From positions 3,710 through 67,709 of the forward strand of contig JACPQL010000049.1 of assembly GCA_016190445.1 (NCBI GenBank): 64,000 nucleotides of DNA, given 5' to 3'. This document shows positions 63,233 through 64,000 of this stretch, one piece after another. The stretch comes from Chloroflexota bacterium. GTDB lineage: Bacteria; Chloroflexota; Dehalococcoidia; Lucifugimonadales; JACPQL01. The notes beneath the pieces are model-generated. The model was given only the letters and a program-made list of their open reading frames with translations. It was not told the origin of the DNA and searched no databases. Within the stretch, counting starts at the first letter, position 1. Every line of letters starts with the position of its first letter. The position numbers and the translations under genes were made by a program.

Positions 63233-63411
63233 CCTTGCCGACCGCGTGGCATGGTGAGGTCAAGCAATGACAGGCCCGTCATGCATTGTGGGCAACGTGT
63301 TCCCGGCAGGTTGCCCCGGCGGGAGGGCTATACGGACTGGACAAAACGGCGGTAGAATCGGCTCGTCAAAATAGGTGTGCCAAAAGGATTTGGTTCCCGC
63401 CTCGCGCCACC

Positions 63412-63441
63412 TTGACAATGGAACAGTTGTTCCAAGACAAT
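63412..63441 (+). promoter_or_regulatory. candidate cas promoter with an embedded palindrome
   Basis: TTGACA (63412-63417), an 18-nt spacer, then GACAAT (63436-63441). The spacer contains GGAACA-GT-TGTTCC (63420-63433). Confidence 0.3.
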
Positions 63442-63505
63442 GTGCCTCAGCGAAGCCCTGACTTCTTCACGCCTTCCGGGAATTGGCTGACCGTGGAGGA
63501 GTATC

Positions 63506-63841
63506 GTGGATGGCTCATTCACTGGTGGCTCCAATCTTGTACTATGGGCGAAGCTAGAGAAGCAGCCGAACCCTCCTCCTGACTACCATCCTCTGATTTG
63601 CCACCTGTTAGATGTCGCTTGTGTAACCAGGGCTCTGTGGAATACCGCCCTTTCACCAGCAGGCAAAGCACGGCTGAGTTCGGCTTTGGGACTCTCCACG
63701 CAAGAGGACGCTGCCGGACAATGGATTGCTTTCATCGCTGGCCTTCCTGCGCTAGATGTCCTGGCCGAGGAGATCGCGGAAGACCTACGGGCGGCCCTGG
63801 AGCAGTTCGAGGAGATAGGGACGGACCTCAAAGGCTCTTGA
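63506..63841 (+). pseudogene. cas3: cas3 remnant: first ~75 aa of the HD domain fused to an unrelated ~35-aa tail
   Basis: LWAKLEKQP...YHPLICHLLDVACVTRALW...WIAFIAGL matches the Cas3 N-terminus (wGKs...HpLl.HllDVaav). The HDxGK motif expected right after ...AGL is missing and the ORF stops at 111 aa. GGAGGAG RBS before GTG 63506. Confidence 0.5.
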
Positions 63842-63869
63842 GGTTGCAGAAATCGGAGAGGAGGGAACG

Positions 63870-64000
63870 ATGACAAGCCAGCAGAAGGAGGCCCATATGC
63901 AGTTCAACCTCCTCAATGAACCGTGGATACCGTGCCTGGGCAATGACGGGAAGCTCCGTCGAGTCGGCGTCAGAGAGGCGCTTACGCAAGCGGGCACAAT
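63870..64000 (+). CDS. cas8e: type I-E Cascade large subunit Cas8e/Cse1 (N-terminus only; continues beyond the window)
   Basis: MQFNLLNEPWIPCLGNDGKLRRVGVREALTQAG resembles the FNLxDEPWIPV Cse1 N-terminus. The start is ATG 63870 or, more likely, ATG 63897 (AAGGAGG, 5 nt, ATG). Confidence 0.6.
   Translation, partial: MTSQQKEAHMQFNLLNEPWIPCLGNDGKLRRVGVREALTQAGT

Noticed and set aside
63882-63899. Identical 16-nt translation-initiation sequence GAAGGAGGCCCATATG at cas8e (63884-63899) and at the ComX-like ORF (58630-58615, minus strand)
   Set aside because: Most of the identity is the Shine-Dalgarno consensus plus ATG. With only two copies and no extended flanking similarity, I treat it as coincidence, though it supports both start-codon choices.
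1-64000. Global reassignment of UGA (code 4 or 25-like) as the explanation for the in-frame TGAs
   Set aside because: TGA terminates several well-delimited genes here (for example sdhC at 1260-1262 and the response regulator at 3585-3587). The genome is GC-rich, unlike known UGA-reassigned lineages.

Overview
GC-rich bacterial chromosomal window. Gene content and strong GGAGG-type ribosome-binding sites suggest a high-GC Chloroflexota- or Actinomycetota-like lineage, but the taxon cannot be fixed from sequence alone. I call about 70 protein genes and one tRNA-Pro(UGG). There is no rRNA and no CRISPR array.

Layout:
- 1-4.8 kb: sdhC-sdhA and a NarL-type two-component pair.
- 4.8-14.7 kb: nitrogen-assimilation block with a peroxiredoxin, a single-chain glutamate synthase, two glnA paralogues, a 33-aa membrane ORF and amtB.
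- 14.8-22.8 kb: transporters, a crotonase, an IscA-like gene, DUF72 and gyrA.
- 23-29 kb: peptide/nickel-type ABC importer with two substrate-binding proteins (one frameshifted), two permeases and no ATPase.
- 29-38 kb: housekeeping genes (lysC, thrB, lipA, tlyA) with a low-GC toxin-antitoxin-like islet.
- 38-42.6 kb: rpmH-rnpA-yidD-(beta-propeller lipoprotein)-yidC-jag-htrA.
- 43-53.7 kb: amrS, an eIF-2B-like/NUDIX pair, tRNA-Pro, hicBA and an acyl-CoA metabolic cluster.
- 54.2-63.2 kb: signalling island.
- 63.5-64 kb: start of a type I-E cas operon.

Main hunt results:
1. A four-gene cassette at 54230-58615 has the composition of the Bacillus ComQXPA prenylated-peptide quorum-sensing system. 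It encodes a 69-aa peptide ending in SEWF, a polyprenyl-synthase-fold enzyme, a roughly 10-TM HisKA_3 kinase and a LuxR regulator. The peptide gene precedes the transferase, and the host is GC-rich and not a Bacillus.
2. Two adjacent genes carry in-frame TGA codons exactly at conserved Cys positions. One is the peroxidatic Cys of a Bcp/PrxQ peroxiredoxin. The other is the middle Cys ligand of the GltB 3Fe-4S motif. Each TGA is followed after exactly 11 nt by a stem-loop, as expected for bacterial SECIS elements.
3. Phased 11-bp pentamer arrays resembling GlnR boxes lie upstream of amtB and of the small-ORF/glnA unit.
4. A family of hairpin-rich intergenic repeats includes two inverted copies that bracket the kinase-transferase-peptide module.
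5. A cas3 gene reduced to a 111-aa fragment lies in front of cas8e.

All functional calls come from motif recognition by eye. No database search was run.
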